Numbered from the stretch's first letter, positions 40,809 through 51,146 are shown. The stretch: DNA of 64,000 nt from an uncultured delta proteobacterium (GCA_963789395.1 CAWBKP010000021.1:96001-160000), one strand, 5' to 3'. The notes: a model not told the origin generated them from the sequence alone. Translations and numbers: made by a program.

Positions 40809-42074
40809 ATGGAACGATCCATTGCCGAACAGCAGATTCCTTCGATATGGTCCCGGCAAGGCCGGGCGGTCGACCGGCTGGCGCGCCGGTTGTTTCTGAA
40901 CCGTCTGATGAAGCTCGAAACCGGATTTCTGACCCTGGTGGAAGGAAATGAGCGGTTTGCCTTCGGGCATACCGGGGCTTCGGAAGCCCTCCGGGTGACG
41001 ATTACGGTATCCGATCCGCGGTTTTACCGCAGCATCGTTTTCGGGGGGAGTATCGGGGCCGGGGAAGCCTACATGATCGGGTTCTGGAACTGCACCGACT
41101 TAACCGCGCTGACCCGCCTGATCGTTTTGAACGAGCCGGTGCTCCTCGATGTCGATGGCGGACTGGCGCTTCTGGCGGCGCCGCTGCGCAAACTCTACCA
41201 CTGGAAAAACAAAAACACCCGTCAGGGCAGCCGCGGCAACATCAAGGCCCATTACGACCTTGGCAACGACCTGTACGCCCTGTTTCTCGACGAGACCATG
41301 ACCTATTCCTGCGGCATCTTCGAGCGCCCCGGCTCCTCCCTGGCCGAGGCTTCAATCGCCAAGTATGATCGCCTCTGCCGGAAGCTGGCGTTAAAAGAGA
41401 CCGACCACCTGCTGGAAATCGGGACGGGCTGGGGCGGATTCGCCATCCACGCCGCCGCCCGCTACGGCTGCCGGGTGACCACCACCACCCTCTCCCGGGC
41501 ACAGTTCGACTGGGCTGATCAGCGTATCCGGGAAATGGGCCTGGAGGAGCGCATCCGGCTGCTGCTGACGGACTACCGGGACCTGAGCGGCACTTACGAC
41601 AAGATCGCATCGATTGAAATGATCGAGGCCGTGGGCCATCACTACCTGGAGACATTTTTCCGGCAGTGCGCACGTCTGCTGAAGGCAGATGGCGTGATGG
41701 CCCTCCAGGCCATTACCATCACGGACCAGAAATATGAAGCCCACAAGCGGGACGTAGATTTCATCAAACGCTATATCTTTCCGGGCAGCACGCTGAATTC
41801 GGTCACCGCGCTCTGTGCGGCGGCCACCCGGACCTCGGACTTTCGACTGTTTCACCTGGAGGACATTACCCCGCACTATGCCCGAACGCTCCGGGAGTGG
41901 CGGCTGCGGTTCTTTGCCAACCTGGATAAAGTGCGCGCCCTGGGTTACCCGGATCGGTTCATCCGCATGTGGGAGTATTATCTGTGCTATTGCGAGGGCG
42001 CTTTCATCGAGCGCTACGTCGGCGATGTGCAGGTGATGTTCGTCAAAAACGGGTACCGGCAGGCAGCTGTATAG
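40809..42074 (+). CDS. cfa: Cyclopropane-fatty-acyl-phospholipid synthase family methyltransferase
   Basis: AHYDLGN, MTYSC, LEIGTGWGG, SIEMIEAVG, YIFPG, HYARTL, WEYYL. Confidence 0.9.
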   Translation: MERSIAEQQIPSIWSRQGRAVDRLARRLFLNRLMKLETGFLTLVEGNERFAFGHTGASEALRVTITVSDPRFYRSIVFGGSIGAGEAYMIGFWNCTDLTALTRLIVLNEPVLLDVDGGLALLAAPLRKLYHWKNKNTRQGSRGNIKAHYDLGNDLYALFLDETMTYSCGIFERPGSSLAEASIAKYDRLCRKLALKETDHLLEIGTGWGGFAIHAAARYGCRVTTTTLSRAQFDWADQRIREMGLEERIRLLLTDYRDLSGTYDKIASIEMIEAVGHHYLETFFRQCARLLKADGVMALQAITITDQKYEAHKRDVDFIKRYIFPGSTLNSVTALCAAATRTSDFRLFHLEDITPHYARTLREWRLRFFANLDKVRALGYPDRFIRMWEYYLCYCEGAFIERYVGDVQVMFVKNGYRQAAV

Positions 42075-42101
42075 TCGGGATTGTAACAAAGAGGCTGCGC
42101 T

Positions 42102-42266
42102 GTGAAGCAGATCGTCAATTTTATCGGATTCCAAGCCGCCTGGTTTGCCGCGGTGATCGGCGTGGCCGGCGGGTCATATCCTCAGGGAACAGCCCGGAAT
42201 CGGTTGACCGGATCAACCCCGTATCTTTATTTCTCATCCGAACCTGCAAGTCAGTCAACGCGTTAA
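42102..42266 (+). pseudogene. Truncated DUF2878-like gene
   Basis: MKQIVNFIGFQAAWFAAVIG resembles the DUF2878 N-terminus (NF..FQ..WF..V), a usual cfa neighbour; similarity stops after ~25 codons. Confidence 0.55.
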
Positions 42267-42377
42267 TACCCTTGACAGTCTCCAGGACTGGTGCTATCCA
42301 AAAGCTTTAAAAGGATATTCTTGTCACCACTTTCCAGATGCGGGTAAAGTGGAGACAGATGGATATCTAAACTATTG

Positions 42378-42582
42378 GCAACTACTCAGGTATACAGAAT
42401 TCAGGAGTCAGAATTCAAAATGGCCCGCATATAACCTTCGAGAAATTTGCCGTCTTCTTCAATCAAGCGGGCTGGCTTAGTAACATCACCAAGGGACTTT
42501 TGGACAATATTGGAAAAAACGGATTTGCTGGGTCCCTCATTCTGGCTCCTGAATTCTGACTCCTGGATACTTGAGTAGTTAC
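42378..42582. mobile_element. MITE-like element with terminal inverted repeats and 7-nt periodic arms
   Basis: Left gcaactactcaggtat..cagaattcaggagtcagaat; right end reverse-complements to gtaactactcaagtatccaggagtcagaattcaggagccagaat. Confidence 0.65.
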
Positions 42583-42680
42583 AACAATTGGTAAATGCGA
42601 TTGCGGCTTTTGAGTTCACATGAATGCGGCGAAAGGCTGCTTCAGGCGCTTCTGCGCAAATAGGTCAACTGGAGGGAAGG

Positions 42681-45466
42681 ATGAGCTTGGTGGGGCGGAG
42701 GTTGGCGACGGTTGTGGGTGTATTTGTCTTGCTTGGGCTTGTGTTTCTGGTCAGCAGTTTGCTGACCGTTGACTTCATGGTGGACTACTGGTGGTTTGAT
42801 TCCCTGGGGTACGCCTTTTATTTTATTCAGCGGCTCAGTTACCGGTACCTGGTGCTGGTTGGCGTCACCACACTGTTTTTCGGCATTTTCTTTTTCAACT
42901 TCTGGATTGCATCGCGGTACCTGGGCACCGGCAGCCCGCCTCCGGAGAATGCAAAGACGCAGTCAAAAGAAACTTACCGGAAAGTGTTACGGATGTTCCG
43001 CACCGGATCCATGAGCCTGTATACGCCGCTTTCACTGGTTCTTGGCATTGTTATCGCATTGCCGCTGTTCGAAAGATGGGAGGCCTTTCTCCTGTATGTA
43101 TTCGGTCCTGAATCCGCGATTCCGGATCCCGTATACGGCAAGGACATCAGTTATTACCTTTTTTCATTTCCGATCTATACATTGCTGCAAAGACGGATAC
43201 TCATCTCGTTCGCCGTTTTGCTGATCGGCGTTCTTTTTCTCTATTGGCTGGAGCACCGGTTGCTCAAGGCACAGGAACAGGGTATCCAGAAAGGCGCAAA
43301 AGTCCACCTGTGTTTCCTGGTCTTTTCCGTTTTCGCCATAGAAATATGGGATTTCTTCCTCCAGCGGTATGCGCTGCTGTATACATCGAGTTACGAGCCG
43401 CTTTTTTCCGGGCCCGGGTATGCCGAGATGCGCGTCATCCTGCCTTTGATCTATGCATGCATTCTGCTGCTGGCCATCACGGGGATTTCTGCAGTCTATT
43501 ATCTTATAAATAGAAAGGGAATCAAGATCGTTATCGTTTCAGGGCTGCTGTTTTCACTGGCACTGGGAGCGCGGTATTCCGAAAAACTTCCCAAAGCCGT
43601 GAACGAGTACTGGGTGACCCCCAATGCGATATCCAAACAATCGCCCTATATACGCAACAATATCGACGCCACCTTGTCCGCCTACAATCTGAATAATGTC
43701 GAAATGCGTGAAATTACTCCCACATTGGCTCCCAAAGGCATTGACGGGAAAAAGATGCAGGGCATCTTCCGGAACATACCCGTCTGGGATGGAGAGCTTC
43801 TGAACGATGTTTACGAGCAGTTGCAGGAGCTTCGCACCTATTACGATTTCACGCGCGTCGATGTCAGCCACTACAACGTCAATGGCAACAATCAGCAGGT
43901 TTTCCTGGCTGTCCGGGAGATGAACACCACCGAGCTGCCCAAGGGGGCCCGTAACTGGGTGAATGACCACCTGGTGTACACGCATGGATACGGGGCGGTG
44001 ATGACTCCGGCCGGGCAGGGGGGGACGAGCCCATGACCTGGTTTTTAAGGGGAATCCCGCTTGAGTCTGACTTTGGATTCTCGGTCGAGCAGCCCGCAGT
44101 GTATTTCGGTATGCTGGAGAACTATCCTTACGTGATCGTTCCGAACGATGCGGGCGAGTTCGGTTATCCCAAGGGAGACGCCAATGTTACGGAAAACTAT
44201 GACGGCTCGGATGGCGTGTTTATCAACTCCGCTTTCAGAAAGCTGATGTTTGCGTACTTTCTAAAGGACAGGGATATTTTCTTTACGACAAAGACCAACG
44301 GAAAAAGCAGGATTCTTTTCCGGCGCAACATCCAGGAGCGCATTCGAACGCTGACGCCTTATATATCGCTGGACCATGATCCCTATGCGGTTGTCACCCC
44401 AAAAAATCTGTATTGGATTCAGGATGCCTACACCACATCGCAATTCTATCCGAATTCGGCGTCTTACGGCTCAGGCCCCGGACGGATCAATTACATCCGC
44501 AACTCAGTCAAGATTGTGGTCAATGCCTATAACGGAAAAGTGGATTATTATATTTTCGACACCAGTGATCCGGTTGTCAATGCGTATCGGCGGATGTATC
44601 CCGGACTTTTCAAGGATGAAAGTCAGATGCCCCCGGAACTCCGGTCCCAGGTGCGATATCCGCAGGATTTTTTCGATATCCAGATGGACATCTATGCCAA
44701 ATATCACCAGACGGAACCGGAAGTTTTTTATCAGCAGGAAGATATCTGGGAGGTCGGAATTCCCGGCGTTGCCTCCGAAAATAAACGGCCGACCCGATCG
44801 TATTACCTGACCCTTGACATGATCGAGCGCAATCGCTTTGATTTCGTGCTGGTCTCTCCGGTTACGCCCAAGGGCCGCGCCAATCTCAGGGCGATGGCGC
44901 TTGCGGGGTCCGACCGCTCAAGCTACGGCAAATTGATTGTCTACAGTTTCCCGAAGGGGGAACTGGTCTACGGGCCGGCGCAGATCAACGCCCTGATCAA
45001 CCAGGATACAACGGTCTCGCAGCAGTTCACCTTATGGGATCAGGTGGGATCTCAGGTGGCGCGCGGGAATATGGTCATTTTCCCCATCGGAAAAATGCTC
45101 GTCTACATACAACCTGTTTACCTGAAATCGTCGGCAAGCCTGAAAATTCCCGAACTGAAACGGTTGATCATGACCCAGGGACAGGTGGTTGTCATGGAGA
45201 AGTCGCTGGAGGAGGCCTTTGCAAAAATGATTGAGCGGGTGAATGCGGAAACCGGCAGAATCGACCGGCGTTTTGCCCCGCTAAGCTCGGAACCCGAGCC
45301 TGCATTGCCTCAGCCGGTAGAATCCCAACCGGAGATGACGCCGCCTGCGGTGCTCCAACCCGTGCCGCCACCGGCAGTACTCCAACCCCTGCCGCCACCG
45401 GAAACATCCCGGCAGGCGGAGCCGCCATCTGCGCCGCCCCGATCTCCGGTGCAGGAAGAACAATAG
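42681..45466 (+). CDS. UPF0182 family membrane protein, frameshifted at the G-run near 44020
   Basis: WWFDSLGY, DPVYGKDISYY, HLVYTHGYG, WIQDAYTTS, NYIRNSVK, YIQPVYL. Confidence 0.9.
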
Positions 45467-45534
45467 GCGACATGCTGGAAACGTGAGCAAATCCGGCATC
45501 AGGCGGTCGACCCTTTACAGCGAATGGAATACCC

Positions 45535-46584
45535 ATGTTGCCCCTTTCTTTTGTTAAGGAATCCATCTCGGCAAGATTGATATCTCCATCCGGCGATGCT
45601 GTTGAAAAAATCATCGAAATCCGAACGCACCCCATTACCGGGCGCACCAGCCGGATTGCCTTAAGCCGAACAGACCAGGCAGAACCCGGCACAGACACGC
45701 TTCCGGCGCCCCCGCCGGATGCACGGCATACGGAGCAGTGCCCGTTCTGCCTTCCACGGGTTGAATTCATGACGCCCCGGCTTTGTATGGATTTGTCGCC
45801 AACCGGACGATTGGCGCATGGCGATTCGGTTTTGTTTCCCAACCTCTTTCCCTATGGCAGCTATTCCGCCGTCAGCTTGTTCGGCAATCACCATTTTGTC
45901 GAGATCGGAACCGCTTCGGTAGCTTCCTATACCGACTGTTTGATCAACTGCCGGAATTATCTCAGGCAGGTTTTGACGGCTGACCCGAATTCTGTTTATA
46001 TGGCCATTACCCAGAATCATTTGCCGTCTTCGGGCGGCTCCCTGATACATCCGCATCTGCAGATCAATGCGGATCATGTCCCGGCCAATCATCACCGGTT
46101 TCTGATGAAAAGAACAAACGCCTGGTATCAGGAATCCGGGGGGCTGCTGTTATCCGATTATCTGGACCATGAAAGAGAAGACGCAAGCCGGTATATCGGA
46201 AAGACCGGGGACTGGGAATGGGTGGCAGCCTTTGCGCCCGAAGGGTTTTATGAAATCTGGGGAATCCTTCCCGGGGTCACATCACTCAGAACTCCGGATA
46301 CTTCCGTCTGGCAGGATCTGGCCGGCGGCATTCTGAATGCACAACAATTCTATCGGAGCCTGTGCCGGAACGGATACAACCTGGGAGTCCTTTCGATTGA
46401 AACGCCTGCAAGCTGCCTGGAACTCCGGGTGGTGCTGATCGTCCGTTCCAATTACGCCCCCTGGGTTCGAAACGACCATACGGGTTTTGAGCTTATGCTG
46501 GGAGATATGGCAACCTTCACGATTCCGGAAGATACGGCTGTGCTGGCCCGGCCGTTCTGGGAATCACCCCCCCGCACGTCATGA
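45535..46584 (+). CDS. GalT-like (galactose-1-phosphate uridylyltransferase/HIT) protein
   Basis: RTHPITG, CPFC, FPNLFPY, GGSLIHPHLQ. Confidence 0.8.
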   Translation: MLPLSFVKESISARLISPSGDAVEKIIEIRTHPITGRTSRIALSRTDQAEPGTDTLPAPPPDARHTEQCPFCLPRVEFMTPRLCMDLSPTGRLAHGDSVLFPNLFPYGSYSAVSLFGNHHFVEIGTASVASYTDCLINCRNYLRQVLTADPNSVYMAITQNHLPSSGGSLIHPHLQINADHVPANHHRFLMKRTNAWYQESGGLLLSDYLDHEREDASRYIGKTGDWEWVAAFAPEGFYEIWGILPGVTSLRTPDTSVWQDLAGGILNAQQFYRSLCRNGYNLGVLSIETPASCLELRVVLIVRSNYAPWVRNDHTGFELMLGDMATFTIPEDTAVLARPFWESPPRTS

Positions 46585-46719
46585 TCTTCCGCAAATATCC
46601 GGTTGCTTCCAAATGCATGGGTTGCACATGTGTCTTGCATCAAAACCGTATTTCAAATATCATGGCCGGAAAATCTGTTTCATGGATTTCACTGTGACAG
46701 GTCCGGAGACCGCTTAGAC

Positions 46720-47673
46720 ATGATTGTTACCATAACGTGGGTGCACTGGACGGCATTTATTCTGGCCGTCCTTTTCTTTTTGGCGCTTGATCTGGGTGTA
46801 TTTCACCGGAAAGCCCATTCCATCGGATTCAGGGAAGCCCTGATATGGACGGGAATATGGTTTTCCGTGGCCATGGTGTTTGCCTGGGGGCTGAAAAATC
46901 TGCGCGGACAGCAGGAAGCGCTTGAATTTATCACAGGCTATATCGTCGAGCTGTCCCTGTCGATGGACAACGTGTTTGTCATGGCACTGATATTCGGGTA
47001 TTTTCGCGTTCCCTTGCCCTACCAGCACCGCGTCTTGTTCTGGGGGATTATGGGCGCGCTGATCATGCGCGGGATAATGATCGGTGCCGGGGCTGCGCTG
47101 GTGCGGCAATTCGAATGGACCCTGCTGCTCTTTGGCGCTTTTCTGGTTTTTTCCGGCATCAGAATGCTTTTTTCAAAGGATGAGGGAGTGGATCCGGAAA
47201 AAAACACGATGATACGACTGGCCCGTAAATTTCTGCCGCTATCCCCCCATTTTGACAAACATCATTTTGTCACCCGCGTAAACAACCGCAGACTGTTTAC
47301 TCCCCTGACGCTGGTTCTGGTGATGGTGGAAACCACCGACCTGGTGTTTGCCCTGGATTCCATTCCCGCCATCTTCGGCATCACGACAAACGAATTCATT
47401 GTTTTCACCTCGAATGTGTTTGCCATTCTGGGACTGCGGTCCCTGTATTTTGTGCTGGCCGGCGCCATCGCGTATTTCCGTTTTCTGAAATGCGGCCTGT
47501 CGCTGGTGCTGGTTTTTATCGGCGCCAAAATGCTGTTGCCCCTGTCCCTGCATATTTCCACATCTCTGTCTCTGTTGATTGTGGGGGGGATTATTCTGGT
47601 CTCCGTTCTGGCCTCTCTTGCGGCCAGTTGGGTTGAACACCGCCGTCAGGATAAGAACCGAAAAACTGGTTGA
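46720..47673 (+). CDS. TerC/Alx family membrane protein
   Basis: GYIVELSLSMDNVFV, QHRVLFWG, DLVFALDSIPA, SNVFAILGLRSLYF. Confidence 0.92.
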   Translation: MIVTITWVHWTAFILAVLFFLALDLGVFHRKAHSIGFREALIWTGIWFSVAMVFAWGLKNLRGQQEALEFITGYIVELSLSMDNVFVMALIFGYFRVPLPYQHRVLFWGIMGALIMRGIMIGAGAALVRQFEWTLLLFGAFLVFSGIRMLFSKDEGVDPEKNTMIRLARKFLPLSPHFDKHHFVTRVNNRRLFTPLTLVLVMVETTDLVFALDSIPAIFGITTNEFIVFTSNVFAILGLRSLYFVLAGAIAYFRFLKCGLSLVLVFIGAKMLLPLSLHISTSLSLLIVGGIILVSVLASLAASWVEHRRQDKNRKTG

Positions 47674-47764
47674 CTCCGGGGGGTGTTTCCTGTAAGTAGA
47701 CCAATACACAGGGCATGAAGTCCTTAGCAGTGCGGTACGTAAAAAAACGCATGGTCGGGTCATG

Positions 47765-47808
47765 AAGGCCAAGGTAGCACCATAACGGGGCGTGCCTGGC
47801 CTTTTTTT
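47765..47808 (+). terminator. Intrinsic terminator or attenuator hairpin upstream of the cbi module
   Basis: ggccaagg-ta-gcac...gtgc-ctggcc followed by T7. Confidence 0.6.
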
Positions 47809-47897
47809 GTTCAGGCTGAGGAAAATCAATACGCTTCCCGTGGGGTTCCAATGTTGTCCCTGATGACATCAATGGTATGTTTCGAGGAGGATTTCCC

Positions 47898-47999
47898 ATG
47901 CACATGGCAGGAAGCGCTGCCCGGCCGATGGAACGTGTTGCCATGGGGCTGACCGGTTTCATCGGGGTTGCCTTAAGAAAACGCCATCGACAAAGATAA
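47898..47999 (+). pseudogene. cbiM: Internally deleted cbiM/nikM (33-codon ORF)
   Basis: GAGGAGG RBS; MHMA start; hydrophobic-basic end GLTGFIGVALRKR; TAA overlaps the cbiQ ATG. Confidence 0.6.
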
Positions 48000-48811
48000 T
48001 GTCAAAAATCGCCGCCTCTTTTCTCGATATCAGCTATCTGGACAGCCTGTCCTGCCAGAAGAGCCCCATCCACCGGCTGGACCCCCGTGCCAAAGTGGTT
48101 GCCACCGTGTTTTTCATCGTCTGCGTCGTATCCTTTGGCAAATACGAAATAACGGGGCTGATTCCGTTTTTTATCTATCCCATCGTCCTGATTGCCCTGG
48201 GGGAGCTGCCGCTTGTGTATCTGCTTAAAAAAATTCTGCTGGCAGCGCCGTTTGCGGTTTTTATCGGCATGTTCAATCCCATTATCGACCGCACCATTCT
48301 CATGCATATAGGGCCTGTCGGCATTTCCGGGGGCTGGATTTCTTTTGCATCCATCATGCTGCGCTTTGTCCTGACGGTCGGCGCCGTTCTGGCGCTGATC
48401 GCCAGTACCGGTTTTGCATCCATCTGCATGTCCCTGGAAAAACTGGGGGCTCCCAACAGTTTTGCCGTGCAGCTTCTTTTTTTGTACCGCTATATTTTTG
48501 TGCTGATCGATGAGGCATCGCGCATGGTAAGCGCCAGGTCCCTTCGTGCCTTTAAAGGAAAGGGCAGGGGGTTCAAGGTCTTTACGTCCATGATCGGGCA
48601 GCTCCTGCTGCGCGCCCTGGACCGGGCGCAGCGCATTCACCTGGCCATGCGCTGCAGGGGGTTTGACGGGGAAATCCGGGTTTTCAGGAAATTGACTTTC
48701 GGCGGGCGTGACGGCGCTTTCATCCTGGGGTGGTCCGCGCTGTTTGTCCTGATGCGGCTGGTTGATATTTCCCAGTGGATGGGCGACAGGGTTACGGGGC
48801 TGATCGGATGA
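47999..48811 (+). CDS. cbiQ: Co/Ni ECF transporter T component
   Basis: IHRLDPRAK, FLYRYIFVL, RAQRIHLAMRCRGF. Confidence 0.9.
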   Translation: MSKIAASFLDISYLDSLSCQKSPIHRLDPRAKVVATVFFIVCVVSFGKYEITGLIPFFIYPIVLIALGELPLVYLLKKILLAAPFAVFIGMFNPIIDRTILMHIGPVGISGGWISFASIMLRFVLTVGAVLALIASTGFASICMSLEKLGAPNSFAVQLLFLYRYIFVLIDEASRMVSARSLRAFKGKGRGFKVFTSMIGQLLLRALDRAQRIHLAMRCRGFDGEIRVFRKLTFGGRDGAFILGWSALFVLMRLVDISQWMGDRVTGLIG

Positions 48812-49572
48812 GCCACCACATCGTTGAGGTAAAAGACCTGCATTACACCTACCCTGATGGCAATGCCGCCCTGAACGGGGTTTCGTTTCGAATCACCCAC
48901 GGGGAAACCGTTGCCATCGTCGGGGCGAACGGGGCCGGAAAATCCACGATTCTGCTGCATCTGAACGGCTGCCTCATTCCGGAAACCGGAACCGTCCGCA
49001 TCGGTGATTTCCCCCTGACCCGAAAAACGCTGGAGCATGTGCGGCGCACGGTGGGCATGGTTTTTCAGGACCCGGACGATCAGCTCTTCATGCCGTCGGT
49101 TCATGAAGATGTTGCCTACGGTCCCTTGAATCTGGGGCTTCCCCTCGAGGATGTGGCGGAGCGGGTGGAGCAGGCCCTGAGCACGGTGGGCATGCTTCAT
49201 CTGAAAGAGCGCCCGCCCTACCGGCTCTCCGGAGGAGAAAAGCGATCGGTGGCCATTGCAACGGTGCTCTCCATGTCCCCGAGTATCCTGGTCATGGACG
49301 AGCCGACGTCCAATCTTGACCCCAAGGCCAGACGGCAGCTCATTCATCTTCTGAAAACCTTCGAGCACACCATTATCCTGGCGACCCACGATCTGGATAT
49401 GGTGCTGGATTTATGCTCCCGAACCATTGTCCTGAAGAAAGGCCGGGTTGAAGCCGACGGGCCTACCCGGGACATCCTGCAGAACCAGAAGCTCCTGGAT
49501 GCCTGCCGTCTGGAAAAGCCCCTGCGGCTTCAGTCCTGTCCGATCTGCAGCCCCGGATCCGAAATGCCGTAA
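48808..49572 (+). CDS. cbiO: Co/Ni ECF transporter ATPase
   Basis: GANGAGKST, FQDPDDQLF, LSGGEKR, DEPTSNLDP. Confidence 0.9.
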   Translation: MSHHIVEVKDLHYTYPDGNAALNGVSFRITHGETVAIVGANGAGKSTILLHLNGCLIPETGTVRIGDFPLTRKTLEHVRRTVGMVFQDPDDQLFMPSVHEDVAYGPLNLGLPLEDVAERVEQALSTVGMLHLKERPPYRLSGGEKRSVAIATVLSMSPSILVMDEPTSNLDPKARRQLIHLLKTFEHTIILATHDLDMVLDLCSRTIVLKKGRVEADGPTRDILQNQKLLDACRLEKPLRLQSCPICSPGSEMP

Positions 49573-49598
49573 GGGGCAGGACGCAGGCGGAATTTGAG

Positions 49599-50099
49599 CT
49601 ATAAGCGGCAATATCCCATTCTTTGAATCTGCATGGACAGCTGTTTGACGCGTCCGAGCTCTTCTTTTAACAGAATATCGACAACGTCCCGATCCTTTCC
49701 TTCGCAGATGGCTTCCTGCATGCTCATGAAAAAAATAACCGAGTCCTTCTCGAACTGCAGTGCCAGCTTCAAAACGTCCGCGACATCCTGGATCGTGTCC
49801 AGCTTGACGCTGAGCGCGCCGCAGGTTTTATAGACATGCTGGTCCGCCGTTGCCTTGACATAGACTTCCATTTCGTTGTCCGGATCAGGCGTTGACGGCC
49901 CGCTGCCCCAGGGCGAGTCGGCCTGCAGGCGTTTGATTTTATTCATGTGCTCCAGTTCTTCCCGGGCAAGGTCTGCAAACTGTTTCTTGATTTCAGGGTC
50001 CTGGATCTTTTTTTGCGCCTGTTCATAAAAAGCCCTGCCGTTTTCCTTGATTTCAAGGGCAAGCTGAAAAACTTCGGCGGCATTAAAACAGTAAATCAT
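49599..50099 (-). CDS. Ferritin-like/rubrerythrin-domain protein
   Basis: FNAAEVFQLAL, G.AFY, LAREELEH, ALQFEKDSVIFF. Confidence 0.8.
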   Translation of the reverse strand: MIYCFNAAEVFQLALEIKENGRAFYEQAQKKIQDPEIKKQFADLAREELEHMNKIKRLQADSPWGSGPSTPDPDNEMEVYVKATADQHVYKTCGALSVKLDTIQDVADVLKLALQFEKDSVIFFMSMQEAICEGKDRDVVDILLKEELGRVKQLSMQIQRMGYCRL

Positions 50100-50389
50100 G
50101 AATGTGATCTCCTTTCAAAGTGCATTCTGTTCAGAGGGTATGTCATACTGATGGATGTCATCGGAAAAAAAAGATATGATCTTACCGACCCGGAATTTGT
50201 CCGGTAATTGTCTTTTTATGGGTTCTCATTTATGATATCCATGACGATCTTATTAGTCCAACAATTTGATGAAAATATCAAGTTCAAATACGGCGACGAT
50301 CTGAAACCGATCCGGATTCCGAAACGCCAACCATGCTATTATTGTTCCAAATCCCTGGGAGTGTTCGGTTTCGATAAAAGGATGTCAAG

Positions 50390-51058
50390 ATGTGCGGCAG
50401 ATTTACATTGCATTTTCCCGTAGAGCTTCTGGCAGAGATATTCGGCCTGACGGACTTGCCCGGTCTGGTCCCCCGGTACAACATTGCTCCGACGCAGACC
50501 GCGGCCGTGGTTCGAAGCTCGGGCAAGACCCGCAGTCTGGATTCGCTTCGCTGGGGCCTTGTGCCATCCTGGGCAAAAGACAGTTCCATCGGCAGCCGGA
50601 TGATCAATGCCCGCAGCGAGAGCCTTCCGGATAAACCGGCGTTTCGAAATGCCGTCCGGTTCCGGCGATGTATCGTGCCGGCTTCCGGTTTTTACGAATG
50701 GAAACCGGAAGGCTCCCGTAAACTTCCTTATTACATTCGTCTGTCGGACGGCGGCCCCATGGGTTTTGCCGCTGTCTGGGAAGCCTGGAAAACCCCGGAA
50801 GGGTCTTTTCTGGAGACGTTTGCGATCCTGACAACATCGGCAAATCCGTTGATCGCTCCCATCCACGAGAGGATGCCCGTCATTTTGCATCCCGATGCCT
50901 ATGGGCTGTGGCTGGATAAGGATGTGAACCATCCCGGACAGTTGCTGCCCCTGTACCTGCCGTACCCCGCCGATCTTCTGAGCCTGTATCCGGTTTCGAC
51001 CCTGGTCAACAGTCCCCGAAACGACCGGCCTGCCTGTATCGAGCCCCTGCCTTCCTGA
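50390..51058 (+). CDS. SRAP/YedK abasic-site-protecting protein
   Basis: MCGRF, RYNIAPTQ, WGLVPSW, INARSE, GFYEW, IHERMPVIL. Confidence 0.93.
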   Translation: MCGRFTLHFPVELLAEIFGLTDLPGLVPRYNIAPTQTAAVVRSSGKTRSLDSLRWGLVPSWAKDSSIGSRMINARSESLPDKPAFRNAVRFRRCIVPASGFYEWKPEGSRKLPYYIRLSDGGPMGFAAVWEAWKTPEGSFLETFAILTTSANPLIAPIHERMPVILHPDAYGLWLDKDVNHPGQLLPLYLPYPADLLSLYPVSTLVNSPRNDRPACIEPLPS

Positions 51059-51106
51059 TGCCTTCATGGCACAGGGCCGCCCCTGGCTTTTTCACGATTC
51101 TCCTTC

Positions 51107-51136
51107 TTGACAGGATGATTTCGATGATGCTATCAT
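51107..51136 (+). promoter_or_regulatory. sigma70-type promoter of the lexA operon
   Basis: TTGACA-18 nt-TATCAT with TGn extension. Confidence 0.55.
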
Positions 51137-51146
51137 ATGATATATG

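Noticed and set aside
46584..46720. yybP-ykoY riboswitch ahead of terC
   Set aside because: Conserved motif elements not recognisable
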